From positions 3,834-67,833 of the forward strand of contig CAZTJK010000004.1 of NCBI GenBank assembly GCA_964613715.1: a stretch of 64,000 nucleotides of DNA, read 5' to 3'. The position numbers and the translations under genes were made by a program. The DNA comes from an uncultured Candidatus Saccharibacteria bacterium (GTDB lineage Bacteria > Patescibacteriota > Minisyncoccia > Phycocordibacterales > GWA1-40-21). The stretch's first letter is position 1; every line of letters begins with the position of its first letter. The notes under the pieces were generated by a model. That model had not been told where the DNA came from. It saw nothing but the letters and a program-made list of their open reading frames with translations, and searched no databases. This document shows, piece after piece, positions 9,572-18,814 of this stretch.

Positions 9572-9988
9572 TTAGCGGGCGATGATTTTCGTGCGGACCG
9601 GAAGCTTCGTGCCACCCTTGCGAAGCATTTCGCGCGCTGCATCTTCTCCGACGCCGTCGACTTCAAAGACAACGCGGCCGGGCTTCACGATCGCCACATA
9701 GCCCTGGAGCTCTCCTTTGCCCTTGCCCATTTTCACTTCGGCAGGCTTCTGGGTATACGGATGATCAGGGAAAATACGCGTCCAGATCTTGCCGGACTTC
9801 GGCATGGAATGCGCGATCGCCTTGCGGGCAGACTCGATTTGATTCGATTTGATGCGGCCGCCATCGAGCGCTTTCAGGCCGAAAGAGCCGAACGACACTT
9901 TCGTGCCGCGGGATTCCACACCGACCTTCCCCTGGTTTTCCCGGAAGGAGTGCATTTTTCTGAATTTTACTTTTTTTGGTACCAACAT
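9572..9988 (-). CDS. rplP: 50S ribosomal protein L16
   Basis: MLVPKKVKFRK, QIESARKA, IFPDHPYTQKPAEVKMGKGKG. Confidence 0.98.
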   Translation of the reverse strand: MLVPKKVKFRKMHSFRENQGKVGVESRGTKVSFGSFGLKALDGGRIKSNQIESARKAIAHSMPKSGKIWTRIFPDHPYTQKPAEVKMGKGKGELQGYVAIVKPGRVVFEVDGVGEDAAREMLRKGGTKLPVRTKIIAR

Positions 9989-9999
9989 GGCCGTGATGA

Positions 10000-10665
10000 T
10001 TATTTCCTATCCTTGCTGAAAATGTCGCCGCGGTAAATCCACACCTGGATGCCGATGTCGCCGTAGGTCATATGCGCCTTTTCCTGGGCATAATCAATAT
10101 CGGCGCGGAGGGTCTGGAGCGGAATGCGTCCCTTTTTCAATTCCTCGGAGCGGGCGATTTCTGCGCCGCCCAAGCGACCACCGCAATAGACGCGGACGCC
10201 TTTGACGTCGCGGTTTGCCATGACTTTCTCGATCGTCTGTTTCATGACGCGGCGGAACGGCAAGCGTTTCTCCAGACCTTCGGCAACCATCTGTGCGACG
10301 AGTGCTGCATTTGATTCCGGCGACTTGATTTCCTCGATATCGAGCTTGAAATCGGCAGGAATAGCAAGCGTGCGCTTTGCGGCAAATTTCAAAATATCAT
10401 TGCGGAGCTTGACCGATCCTTCCCCATTGCGGCCGATGACAATGCCCGGGCGTGATGTTTTCAGGATGAGGCGGAATGTCTTGTCATTGCGCTCCATTTC
10501 AATGGATGCAATATACTGGCCGCGCATCTTTTTTTCGAGATATTCGCGCAGCGTCACGTCCGCCTTGAGGAAATCCTTGTATTTCGTGCCCGAGGAGAAC
10601 CAGCGGGATTTCCAGTCCCGAATGACGCCAAGTCTATGTGAATATGGATGGACGGTTTTTGACAT
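10000..10665 (-). CDS. rpsC: 30S ribosomal protein S3
   Basis: RLGVIRDWKSRWF, RPGIVIGRNG, GRLGGAEIAR, PLQTLRADIDY. Confidence 0.98.
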   Translation of the reverse strand: MSKTVHPYSHRLGVIRDWKSRWFSSGTKYKDFLKADVTLREYLEKKMRGQYIASIEMERNDKTFRLILKTSRPGIVIGRNGEGSVKLRNDILKFAAKRTLAIPADFKLDIEEIKSPESNAALVAQMVAEGLEKRLPFRRVMKQTIEKVMANRDVKGVRVYCGGRLGGAEIARSEELKKGRIPLQTLRADIDYAQEKAHMTYGDIGIQVWIYRGDIFSKDRK

Positions 10666-10669
10666 GGAA

Positions 10670-11047
10670 TTATTTTTTGGTGCCTGACGCGGCTGCCTTC
10701 TTCTTCGTCTTCATGGTATCAACCGTATCGAGCTCGATGAATACATGGCTCGTGCGCTTGTTGATCGGATATGCCATGCCGCGAGCGCGCGGGCGACGGC
10801 GCTTGAGCACCATGCCTTCGTCAACGCGGAAATTCTTGACGAAAAGCTTGTCGCTCTCGATATTGAAATTGTGCTTCGCATTCGCGACCGCTGAATCCAG
10901 GAGATCGGCAAGCGGCTTTGCGGCGCGCTTGACCAAAAACTGCAAAGTGTTCTTCGCGTCGGCGACCGTCTTGCCTTTGACCAGATGCGCCACCAGGCGG
11001 ACCTTGCGCGGAGACTGCCTATAATCCTGTAATTTCGCGGTAATCAT
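10670..11047 (-). CDS. rplV: 50S ribosomal protein L22
   Basis: QSPRKVRLVA, SAVANA, RPRARG, KRTSHV. Confidence 0.98.
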   Translation of the reverse strand: MITAKLQDYRQSPRKVRLVAHLVKGKTVADAKNTLQFLVKRAAKPLADLLDSAVANAKHNFNIESDKLFVKNFRVDEGMVLKRRRPRARGMAYPINKRTSHVFIELDTVDTMKTKKKAAASGTKK

Positions 11048-11053
11048 AGTCGT

Positions 11054-11395
11054 TTATTTCTTCGCTTCGGTTGCGGCTTTCGCCGTCTTTGCTGCTGCGA
11101 TTTCAGACTCCTTGGCTGCTGCATCGATATCCTTCTGCATCTTACCGCCATGGCGGACAAATTTTCTCGTATGGGAGAATTCACCCAAGCGGTGGCCGAC
11201 CATGTCTTCGGTCACCAGGACCTCGAGATGCGTCTTGCCATTGTGCACGCCGAAGACAAATCCAACCATTTCCGGAGCAATCTGGCTGCGGCGTGACCAT
11301 GTCTTAATGACACCGGTCTCGATCGGCTTTTTCCCTTCTATCTTTTTTAGAAGTTTTTCGTCGATATATGGTCCCTTTTTGACTGATCGTGCCAT
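11054..11395 (-). CDS. rpsS: 30S ribosomal protein S19
   Basis: [32 protein letters not shown]. Confidence 0.98.
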   Translation of the reverse strand: MARSVKKGPYIDEKLLKKIEGKKPIETGVIKTWSRRSQIAPEMVGFVFGVHNGKTHLEVLVTEDMVGHRLGEFSHTRKFVRHGGKMQKDIDAAAKESEIAAAKTAKAATEAKK

Positions 11396-11445
11396 AGAGT
11401 CGTTGAGAAATGCAAAATAATAAGCTCACGTGAGCTTGAGCCCCC

Positions 11446-11473
11446 ATAGTAGCAAAATGGACGGGAATGTCAA
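11446..11473 (-). promoter_or_regulatory. Promoter of rpsS-rplE unit
   Basis: TTGACA-16 nt-TACTAT on the minus strand; leader palindrome AAGCTCACGTGAGCTT at 11422-11437. Confidence 0.6.
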
Positions 11474-11489
11474 CACGGGAAACAGGCCG

Positions 11490-11630
11490 CTATTGGCCGG
11501 CTGCCTGGGTATTTTCGGACCCTGCCCCAGTCGCTGTATGCGCACCGCCGGCGATATTCATGGCAAGAAAGCTGATGCCGATGATGAGGAGAAACGCTAT
11601 GAGAAATTTGAAAAATGTCGTATCAAACAT
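11490..11630 (-). CDS. Small single-TM protein (46 aa, absent from the ORF track)
   Basis: MFDTTFFKFLIAFLLIIGISFLAMNIAGG...; TGcTATACT upstream. Confidence 0.65.
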   Translation of the reverse strand: MFDTTFFKFLIAFLLIIGISFLAMNIAGGAHTATGAGSENTQAAGQ

Positions 11631-11657
11631 GGCGATGCAAAGAGTATAGCATAGAGG

Positions 11658-13124
11658 TTATAAATGGTGGAAGAGACCGAGGATGCCGCCGAAAACTCGA
11701 GTGAAAAAGCCGGTGCTTGAGCTTGCAGGTACGCCAGTCAAGACGCTCGCTGATTGAGGTATATCGGTAGATGCCGGTTCTTCACGAGACGTGTCGATAG
11801 GAAGCTCGGCAGGAGCAGTATGGGATTCCGCCGATTGGGTTCTCCGATCAGCGGCACGCGCACGAATGAGCGCGAGCACGTGCTCTGCCTCTGCAACGCT
11901 CATGCCGAGATCCGCTTCAATATTTGAAGATATCGCAGAAGGCTGCGCTATGTTCTCGTTGCCGCGGATTGATACGACATTTGTAGCGGAAGGATTAGCG
12001 AGGAATATATCCTGGAATCTGAGAGGCCAGGCCATATCTTCCCGGGAAAGGGTGATGGTACCTTCGGGAGCAAGGATGGTGTTACGGGGAAATGAAAACT
12101 GACCCGCATCTGATTGCAATTTCCAGCCGCCGAGATTTATTTCGCTGCTACCTCGATTCGTTACCTCGATCGCAGCATCAGCTGAAATGGCAAGCGACAG
12201 GTTTGGCACGAGCACCTTGACGGCAGTGCGGGCAGTCGCCGACATATCTCCGCAATGCGCGCTCAAAATCACCGCGTATATGCCCGGATGCTTGTAGGTA
12301 TGAGATACTTCCCCGCTGTTTGCGCTGAAGCCGTCACCGAATGACCAGGATACATCGCATGAACTCCAAGGAAAGCTCGCAAGAGCCTTATGCTTTGCGG
12401 AAAAAAGAACGGGTACGCCGACATAGGAGAGCCGCTCGCGGCCGGCTGAAATGGAAAGTGAATTCGCGCCGTCATCATAGGCGCTGATATCCTCGGGACT
12501 ATCATGGGCGGAAAGATAGACATTGTGGATGATGACTGTCGTTGTCGCTGCTGCTGTTTCAGTAGTACTTGCTGTTTGGGAGGAAGGCGTGGCATCAGCA
12601 GCGGTTGTGGTCGCGGATGAGGAAGATACCGGCGCGGATACATTCGCCTTGCCCGGCGTCGGTAAAGCAGCGCCCCAACCCTCATTTATATATTGAAGCG
12701 AGTTTCCATCCCCTCCCGCGCCGATAGATGGATCATACGTGATACTTGCAAGCGTATTGAGACTGCCATCCCGGATTTCAAGCGGCTCACCCGTATTTGA
12801 AAGCGAAAAGCTGCTATCGAACAAGAGCCCCGCATAATCCGGATTGTCTGCCGTAAACTTTGCGGGCGTATCGGCGATCACCGCATATTGATATGGGTCA
12901 AGCGTCGCGGATGCCCCGGCAGGAGTGATGCTGTGATTCGTACTTGCTTCGAACAGCTTCAATTTTGAGACATCGATGCTTGCCGCATCAGGATTATAGA
13001 TCTCGATCCACTCCCTGCCAGTATCGGTACCGGGAAGATCGTACATGATTTCCGTTATCTGCACTGCGGCAAAAGACAGCATCGGCAGGAGAAACAGAGA
13101 AAGAGCGACAAGAAATTTCTTCAT
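11658..13124 (-). CDS. Secreted lamin-tail-domain and PKD-domain protein
   Basis: Signal peptide; VQITEIMYD..GREWIEIYN (LTD); WSFGDG..HTYKHPGIY (PKD); second LTD-like INLGGWKL. Confidence 0.8.
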   Translation of the reverse strand: MKKFLVALSLFLLPMLSFAAVQITEIMYDLPGTDTGREWIEIYNPDAASIDVSKLKLFEASTNHSITPAGASATLDPYQYAVIADTPAKFTADNPDYAGLLFDSSFSLSNTGEPLEIRDGSLNTLASITYDPSIGAGGDGNSLQYINEGWGAALPTPGKANVSAPVSSSSATTTAADATPSSQTASTTETAAATTTVIIHNVYLSAHDSPEDISAYDDGANSLSISAGRERLSYVGVPVLFSAKHKALASFPWSSCDVSWSFGDGFSANSGEVSHTYKHPGIYAVILSAHCGDMSATARTAVKVLVPNLSLAISADAAIEVTNRGSSEINLGGWKLQSDAGQFSFPRNTILAPEGTITLSREDMAWPLRFQDIFLANPSATNVVSIRGNENIAQPSAISSNIEADLGMSVAEAEHVLALIRARAADRRTQSAESHTAPAELPIDTSREEPASTDIPQSASVLTGVPASSSTGFFTRVFGGILGLFHHL

Positions 13125-13171
13125 ACTACCGCACAGTGTAGTACAAAATATCAGACAGGGCGAGAAAATCC

Positions 13172-13180
13172 TGTGGATAA
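13172..13180 (-). promoter_or_regulatory. Perfect DnaA box
   Basis: TGTGGATAA (= TTATCCACA), intergenic. Confidence 0.55.
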
Positions 13181-13181
13181 G

Positions 13182-13778
13182 TTAGTTGAGCGTCAGATAA
13201 AAATCAAATGCGCGCGGCTTTGCGCCGTTTGGCTGCTCGACTTCGGTAAACGTGATCTTGATCGGCGTGCCCGAGTAAATGCCGACGGTCGTCGTCCAGG
13301 CATTCAGTGTCACTGAGAATTTCGAAGATGAAGCGACAGAAGCGACAAGGCCGTTATTCGTGACTGCGACTGGAACGCCAGATGGCTGCCAGCCAGCGGA
13401 TTTCGAATAGAAATAGAGCTGTGCGGTGCCGGCCCGGGAGGCGGTCTTCTCCCATAAGCAGCCGAGGGCGTCGGCTTTCGTATTGTCGATCGTACCGGAT
13501 ACGATGAGCGGGAATGTCACCCGGGCATTTGCGGCAGGGCTCGTTACTCTGAAGCCGCAGGTGCCGTAGCTTGTCGTTACTGGTTTTGGCAAAACAGTAC
13601 CACTCGTTGATTGCGATGAATGCGAAGAGGCTGGTACATTTGTCGTTGAAGAGGTATTCGTCGTGCTATTCCCCGGCATCTCTGCGCTCGGTCCCTTTGC
13701 AAGAAGCGCATAGAGCCCCCCTCCAAGGATGACAAGGATGATGATTCCGAGCGTTATTTTATTTTTCATGGATTCCAT
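13182..13778 (-). CDS. Membrane-anchored protein with Ser/Thr linker and Ig-like domain
   Basis: N-terminal TM, S/T-rich linker, VTSPAANARVTFPLIVSG beta-rich domain. Confidence 0.7.
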   Translation of the reverse strand: MESMKNKITLGIIILVILGGGLYALLAKGPSAEMPGNSTTNTSSTTNVPASSHSSQSTSGTVLPKPVTTSYGTCGFRVTSPAANARVTFPLIVSGTIDNTKADALGCLWEKTASRAGTAQLYFYSKSAGWQPSGVPVAVTNNGLVASVASSSKFSVTLNAWTTTVGIYSGTPIKITFTEVEQPNGAKPRAFDFYLTLN

Positions 13779-13790
13779 ATGCGTAATTTG

Positions 13791-14801
13791 TTATTCCCCG
13801 TAAACCTCTATTAACTTCGCCTTGGTGCGTGGTCCTACCTGACCGTATCCGGCATCTCCCTGTTTGGCAATGCCGTATTTTTCCTGGAAGCGCCCGACTG
13901 CTTTCCTCGTGAGGGATCCGAAATAGCTGGTGATCAGGCCTTCGGGATACATGCTCGCATCTTTTGAAAGAACAAGCTGTATCAATCGTACATCGGCGCC
14001 GGATGCGCCGAGCATAAGCTGGCGCTTCACAGTGTCTGCAATGCCAGAAACTTTAATGACAATGATCGGCGGCTCGGTAGTGACAGGTGTTGACGGTGGT
14101 GTCGATGATGCGATAGGCGTTGTCGTAGCAGCAGTCGTTTGGGTTGTCGAAGCTGTGGTTGTAGCTGTTGCGGCGGGCGCGCCATTTGAATAGTTGTTAT
14201 GGGTACGATCGACATCGATAGCGCGAGAGAGAGCTGTGCTGTTGCCTGCAGCATCGGTTGCCGTATACGTCAGATAATAGCGGTCGACATGGGTTGGGTT
14301 CAGATTGCCTGACACCACGACGGAAATCGGGGTGCCATTTTCATCGAATGCAGTGGCTCCTGGATCGATACATGGAAAATAAATGCTGCAGCTCATCGGA
14401 TTGTAGCCGACAAGCGACAAGGACGGCATACGGGTCATCAGTACCGCTGATGTGATGACCGGAGCGCTTATGCTGTTTGTTCCCGATTGGGAGTAGACGG
14501 TAATACTAAGGGTACCATCAACAAATCCGGCCCGGATGGCGTTGATCGCGAGATCGAAGCCGCTGCCGTAAAGCGTGGATGAGGTCGTAGCCGCATGTCC
14601 GGCCGCATCAGCAATCGCGAGCGTTACGGTTGCACCAGCATCTGCAGTGCCGACAACATGAATCGCAAGTGCTTCAGTCGCATTCACATAGCTATCCCCT
14701 GCTACTGAAGCAATCGTTGGGCTTGCCGTCATACCGGCATATGCAACTGGCACAAAGACAAACGCGGAGAAAATGCTGATAATTGAGTAGTATTTTTTCA
14801 T
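13791..14801 (-). CDS. Secreted Ig-like (DUF5011-like) protein with C-terminal peptidoglycan-binding domain
   Basis: Signal peptide; DPGATAFD..YTATDAAGN; GADVRLIQ..YFGSLTRKAVGRFQ..GQVGPRT. Confidence 0.8.
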   Translation of the reverse strand: MKKYYSIISIFSAFVFVPVAYAGMTASPTIASVAGDSYVNATEALAIHVVGTADAGATVTLAIADAAGHAATTSSTLYGSGFDLAINAIRAGFVDGTLSITVYSQSGTNSISAPVITSAVLMTRMPSLSLVGYNPMSCSIYFPCIDPGATAFDENGTPISVVVSGNLNPTHVDRYYLTYTATDAAGNSTALSRAIDVDRTHNNYSNGAPAATATTTASTTQTTAATTTPIASSTPPSTPVTTEPPIIVIKVSGIADTVKRQLMLGASGADVRLIQLVLSKDASMYPEGLITSYFGSLTRKAVGRFQEKYGIAKQGDAGYGQVGPRTKAKLIEVYGE

Positions 14802-14901
14802 AGATAATCACTTAGTACTATTACCTAGTTATTATACTACAAATGGGACAGCAAATAAAAAGAAATGAAAAAACCGCCATATATTGGCGGTTTTTCCATA
14901 C

Positions 14902-14931
14902 AAAAAGCCGGCCCTTTCGGGCCGGCTTTTT
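14902..14931 (-). terminator. Terminator after S-layer-like gene (second hairpin at 14867-14897)
   Basis: AAAAAGCCGGCCC-TTTC-GGGCCGGCTTTTT. Confidence 0.8.
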
Positions 14932-14973
14932 GAACCATTCTCAAGCCGTGCGGCTCAAGAATCACAAGTGGTC

Positions 14974-17900
14974 TTAGTTCGTCAAGTTCTGAGAATCCGT
15001 TGGGATATTCTTGATCAACACGTCATTGTTCCAATCCGGCGAAGTCGTCGAATGTGGGCTGAATGATTCATCAGACCAGACAAACGATGCGTTTGTACCA
15101 GCACCTGATGAGGTGGTTGACTGAATATGACCAGCAGTACCCGCAGCAATCTTTGTCGTGACAGCATCGTTTGTTGCGATGGTGCCGCCGACAACCGCCT
15201 TCAACTTGTAGGTCTTAGACGTGCCTGCTGCGATTTCCTCTGGGTTCGTCGGGGTGAATGTGATCACGCCTGACGTAACACCTGACTGTGAAAGGTCGCC
15301 GGTTGATGATGCGAATGAACCTGGGATTGCCACGTCATTTACATCAGTGAGCGTCCAGCCAGTCTGAAGGGTGCTTGCCGTCGCCAAGGTGTTTGCAGAA
15401 GCCTTGGTGATGGTGAATGCAACCTTTGACCACTGAACTGCGCCAGCTGCATCAGCTGCAACCTGGATCTTGTCGAGGGTCTTCGTACCAGCCTGCAAGA
15501 GAGTATCCGTCAAAGCAACGTTCGTGATTGTCGGAACTGACTTGAAGACATACTGGACGTTACCCGTCGAACCAACGTTACCCACGAGGGTCTGAACGCC
15601 GGTTGATGACTGCTTTCTGTAACCAGTGAGCGTGTACAAGACATTGGAGCTTGACGTTGCGCCACCTGGAGTACCGATTGAAGCAAGATTCAAGTATGCA
15701 TCAACGATGACACCTGAAGTGTTGTTCGCAGGAACAACGATGTTCAAACCAGTCGTGGTTGCCATTGCATTGGTACCATCTGAGGTATCAATTGGCGTAC
15801 CAGAACCGTTGAGCACGGTTGAACCGATCTTGTAAACAACGCTTGCGACGTTACCAGCTGAAGCAAATGGGATGAAGCCCATGAGCTGATCAACCGTGTA
15901 GGTGTCGCCCGTAGCAACAAACTTGAATGAGCCAGCCTTGACTGTGTTGTTTGCAACGACAGTCGTGCTTGCTGCCAAGTTGTATGCTGCCAAGTTCAAC
16001 GAGCCTACTGTGATGCTAAACGTCTGACCAGTCGTGTAGGTTGAGCCTGAAGGGACCGTAACAGTCTGATTTGACTGTGAGGTCTGACCTGCAATCTGCA
16101 ACTTCGTGACGATCACGTCTGCACCGCCGAGTCCTGAACCGAGAGTACCATACACTGAGACGTCAATTGTCTGACCAGCAGGCAATGTGTAGTTCACCGC
16201 GTATGAGTTGTCTCCGGAAACAATCGTCGACTTGTTGCTTGAAGTCTTGTTGCCATACACAACGTAGACATCCGTGATGGATGAGGTAGCAGTCGTAGAC
16301 GCACCTGATCCGAGGAAGTTAACGGTGATGGTGTTCAAGTTCAAGTTTTCAGTCGTACCAGCAGTAAGCGTGTAGTCGCCGAGCTTGACCGCAGTCTGCG
16401 GAGCAATCATTGACTGGTTTGCATATGCCGTGTACTTCGAAAGGGACAATGAGCCCTGAGAAACCGTCAACTGGTTTGCAGTGACAGCACCCGTGCTGAT
16501 ATTGCCGCCTGACTTCGTGAGGTCTGCGTTTGCAGAACCTGCAACGAGAGAAACAGTAACCGTGTTGCCATTTACGAGCTGAGCTCCGCTTGACGTGTAG
16601 ATATCGCTGCGTACTTCAAGAGTAACTGGCGAACCTGGAACGACAGTGAAGTTCAAGCTGTTGTACTGCGTTGCGGTCGTTGAACCGATATCCGCAGTGC
16701 TGCCAACCTGGGAACCATTGACGAACAATGCGCCATTGCGCAATGGGCCAACGTTTGAGCCAGCATATGACACTTTCAAGTTTTCAATCTTGATAGGTTC
16801 ACCTGCTGCCTTGATCTGGAAGCGAGCGAGAGCAACACCTGATGCAGACAACGTAACGTTACCTGAAGGTGAATCGGTCGTCTTCGTGATGGTCAAGGTA
16901 CCAGAGTTGACTGACTGAACGCCCGTCGTGAATGGGAATGTGTAGCCCGAGTTCGTCGTGGCCAACACGTTCACGTTGAGCTGTGAGTCAACAAGGTTGA
17001 GATCTGAAGCCTGTCTCAACTGGAACGAGAAGTTCTTCGTCGAGCCGCCGATGATGTCACCAACGAGTTTGATCGTGTGTGAACCAGTCGTGAGCTTCAA
17101 TGGGTTTCCTGACAAATCAAAGGTCAAGTAATTGTTGACATCATATGCGCTGAGCGCTGAGCCAACCTGATTACCGTCGATGAAGAGGCGGAAATTACCC
17201 AAGTCTCCCGTTGCAACAGAACCAACCTGGCGAAGAGCGATTGCCTTCATCCAGACATCGTTCGTGCTCACGCTTGCCGTGCCGTACCACATGGTGTAAT
17301 CCGTCTGTGGGTCGACTGACGTCGTTGAGACTGACGATGATGAGATGATCACTGATGCGAGCGTCGCTGACGAAACCGTCTGCGAAGCTGCTGAGATCGG
17401 GTACACTGCCGTCACCGGAACATTCGACGTAACGCCCGTGAGGGAGACTACGAAGATCTGACCGTTGTAGGTCGTGCCTGACGTGATGTCAGCGCGAACG
17501 GCGATCGTCATCGATGAGCCTGCAGGAATCGTGAAGAGACCTGAAGGAGCATTGAAGGTGATCTTGCCGGTCGAAACTGATGCTGAGTCAGTCAATCTCG
17601 TCACACCGCTGTAGAGGTAGACGTTTGACAATGCTGCATCGTTTGAAACACCGCCTCTCTGGAGAGTGACGTTCGTCACAACTGCCGGAGCTGCTGAGGT
17701 GTTCGTAAACGTGTATTCAGCGAGGTCAGCGATTGACTGTCCTGCAACGACTGCGCCGGAAACCGGTGAAGTTGCTGCGAGAGATACCTTGAGGTCAGTG
17801 CCTGAAGGGACCACCGTTGAACCGGTACCTGATGACATCGAGCCTGAGCTCAACATCGAGCGGGTCTTCGGACCAACATAACCAGCTGCTGGCGTGATGC

Positions 17901-18246
17901 CGTTTGCAAGCTGATATTTGATGACGGCTGCTTTCGTCAATGAACCGAAGTAACCGGTCGCTGGCGAAATGCCGAGCATGGTCTGCAATGCGGTGACATC
18001 TGCACCCTTGCTACCGACGGTGAGGTCGACAGAGAAGGTGTGGCCTGACGTCGTCGATGAAGATGACGTGAGTCCGAGGGATGCCTTGACTGCAGCTGCT
18101 TTGCTTGCATCAACGAGACCAAGCGCAACGAGCATGTCGATCTCGTATGCCGTCTTCTGCTTGAAAAAAAAAACTGCAACCAATGAGAAGACGACGTCCA
18201 AGCCGGCGACCAGTCCAAACATTGATGAAAAACTATTTCTTTTCAT
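14974..18246 (-). CDS. Probable S-layer/major surface protein with N-terminal peptidoglycan-binding domain; 5' end contaminated by sequencing adapter
   Basis: 1090 aa, S/T/G/A/V-rich, no Cys; GSKGADVTALQ..GYFGSLTKAAV..GYVGPKT; repeated beta-sandwich-like segments; strongly biased codons. Confidence 0.7.
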   Translation of the reverse strand: MKRNSFSSMFGLVAGLDVVFSLVAVFFFKQKTAYEIDMLVALGLVDASKAAAVKASLGLTSSSSTTSGHTFSVDLTVGSKGADVTALQTMLGISPATGYFGSLTKAAVIKYQLANGITPAAGYVGPKTRSMLSSGSMSSGTGSTVVPSGTDLKVSLAATSPVSGAVVAGQSIADLAEYTFTNTSAAPAVVTNVTLQRGGVSNDAALSNVYLYSGVTRLTDSASVSTGKITFNAPSGLFTIPAGSSMTIAVRADITSGTTYNGQIFVVSLTGVTSNVPVTAVYPISAASQTVSSATLASVIISSSSVSTTSVDPQTDYTMWYGTASVSTNDVWMKAIALRQVGSVATGDLGNFRLFIDGNQVGSALSAYDVNNYLTFDLSGNPLKLTTGSHTIKLVGDIIGGSTKNFSFQLRQASDLNLVDSQLNVNVLATTNSGYTFPFTTGVQSVNSGTLTITKTTDSPSGNVTLSASGVALARFQIKAAGEPIKIENLKVSYAGSNVGPLRNGALFVNGSQVGSTADIGSTTATQYNSLNFTVVPGSPVTLEVRSDIYTSSGAQLVNGNTVTVSLVAGSANADLTKSGGNISTGAVTANQLTVSQGSLSLSKYTAYANQSMIAPQTAVKLGDYTLTAGTTENLNLNTITVNFLGSGASTTATSSITDVYVVYGNKTSSNKSTIVSGDNSYAVNYTLPAGQTIDVSVYGTLGSGLGGADVIVTKLQIAGQTSQSNQTVTVPSGSTYTTGQTFSITVGSLNLAAYNLAASTTVVANNTVKAGSFKFVATGDTYTVDQLMGFIPFASAGNVASVVYKIGSTVLNGSGTPIDTSDGTNAMATTTGLNIVVPANNTSGVIVDAYLNLASIGTPGGATSSSNVLYTLTGYRKQSSTGVQTLVGNVGSTGNVQYVFKSVPTITNVALTDTLLQAGTKTLDKIQVAADAAGAVQWSKVAFTITKASANTLATASTLQTGWTLTDVNDVAIPGSFASSTGDLSQSGVTSGVITFTPTNPEEIAAGTSKTYKLKAVVGGTIATNDAVTTKIAAGTAGHIQSTTSSGAGTNASFVWSDESFSPHSTTSPDWNNDVLIKNIPTDSQNLTN
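18140..18173 (+). other. Illumina P7 adapter plus poly-A (assembly artefact)
   Basis: Exact ATCTCGTATGCCGTCTTCTGCTTG followed by A10; translates as FFFKQKTAYEI on the minus strand. Confidence 0.97.
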
Positions 18247-18760
18247 AAATGAATTCTAATTGTTACATTACGGAAACCGTATTCCTCGACTACTACTAAA
18301 TTAATAATTGGGAATCCGATCTCCTTGCTCACCAATAGACCGCGAAGCGGCAAGAGAATGGATTTCGACTAAAAACCCATTCTCTTTGAAATTGGCAAGT
18401 GCCTCGATCCCGATACCATAGAATGACCATCCATAGAGCATCGGGTACATGCGGCCGGCGTACTGCGCGCATGACACATTTCTACTATTCCCCTCTCTCA
18501 TATTCTTCACAGCATCTTGCGATGCATGCGGAGTTCGACACGAGAAAGCGGATTAGCTGACATGAACAAAACTGACTTTCTGTATTTTTTCTGCCTATTC
18601 AATTGTCAAAGTTCTCGACCACTGACAATGGGGCTTGAGCGAGCCCGACTTCAGCATTTCTGAAATGGTGGCTCTTGAGACCACCCAAACTAGACAAGCT
18701 GAAAACCTGTCTAGCCGCAAAAGATGGGAAAAGCACTTTCGCAAATGCAACTCACACCTT
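18247..18760 (-). ncRNA. Putative long structured 5' leader RNA, no family recognised
   Basis: About 10 hairpins, GNRA loops (GCGA, GCAA) and G-U pairs that work on the minus strand; promoter immediately upstream. Confidence 0.55.
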
Positions 18761-18767
18761 TGCTACC

Positions 18768-18795
18768 ATTATATATCGTGCCTGGACCCAGGCAA
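18768..18795 (-). promoter_or_regulatory. Promoter of leader/S-layer transcript
   Basis: TTGCCT-16 nt-TATAAT on the minus strand. Confidence 0.55.
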
Positions 18796-18805
18796 AATAT
18801 ATTCT

Positions 18806-18814
18806 TGTGGATAA
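18806..18814 (-). promoter_or_regulatory. Perfect DnaA box
   Basis: TGTGGATAA about 10 nt upstream of the predicted -35. Confidence 0.55.

Noticed and set aside
18301-18510. 69 aa ORF within the S-layer leader
   Set aside because: GTG start, no recognisable features, and it overlaps the densest RNA structure; a leader peptide is not excluded but is unsupported
18247-18760. RNase P, tmRNA, SRP, intron or known riboswitch identity for the leader
   Set aside because: No GAGGAAAGUCC, no tRNA-like ends and no catalytic or aptamer consensus recognised by eye
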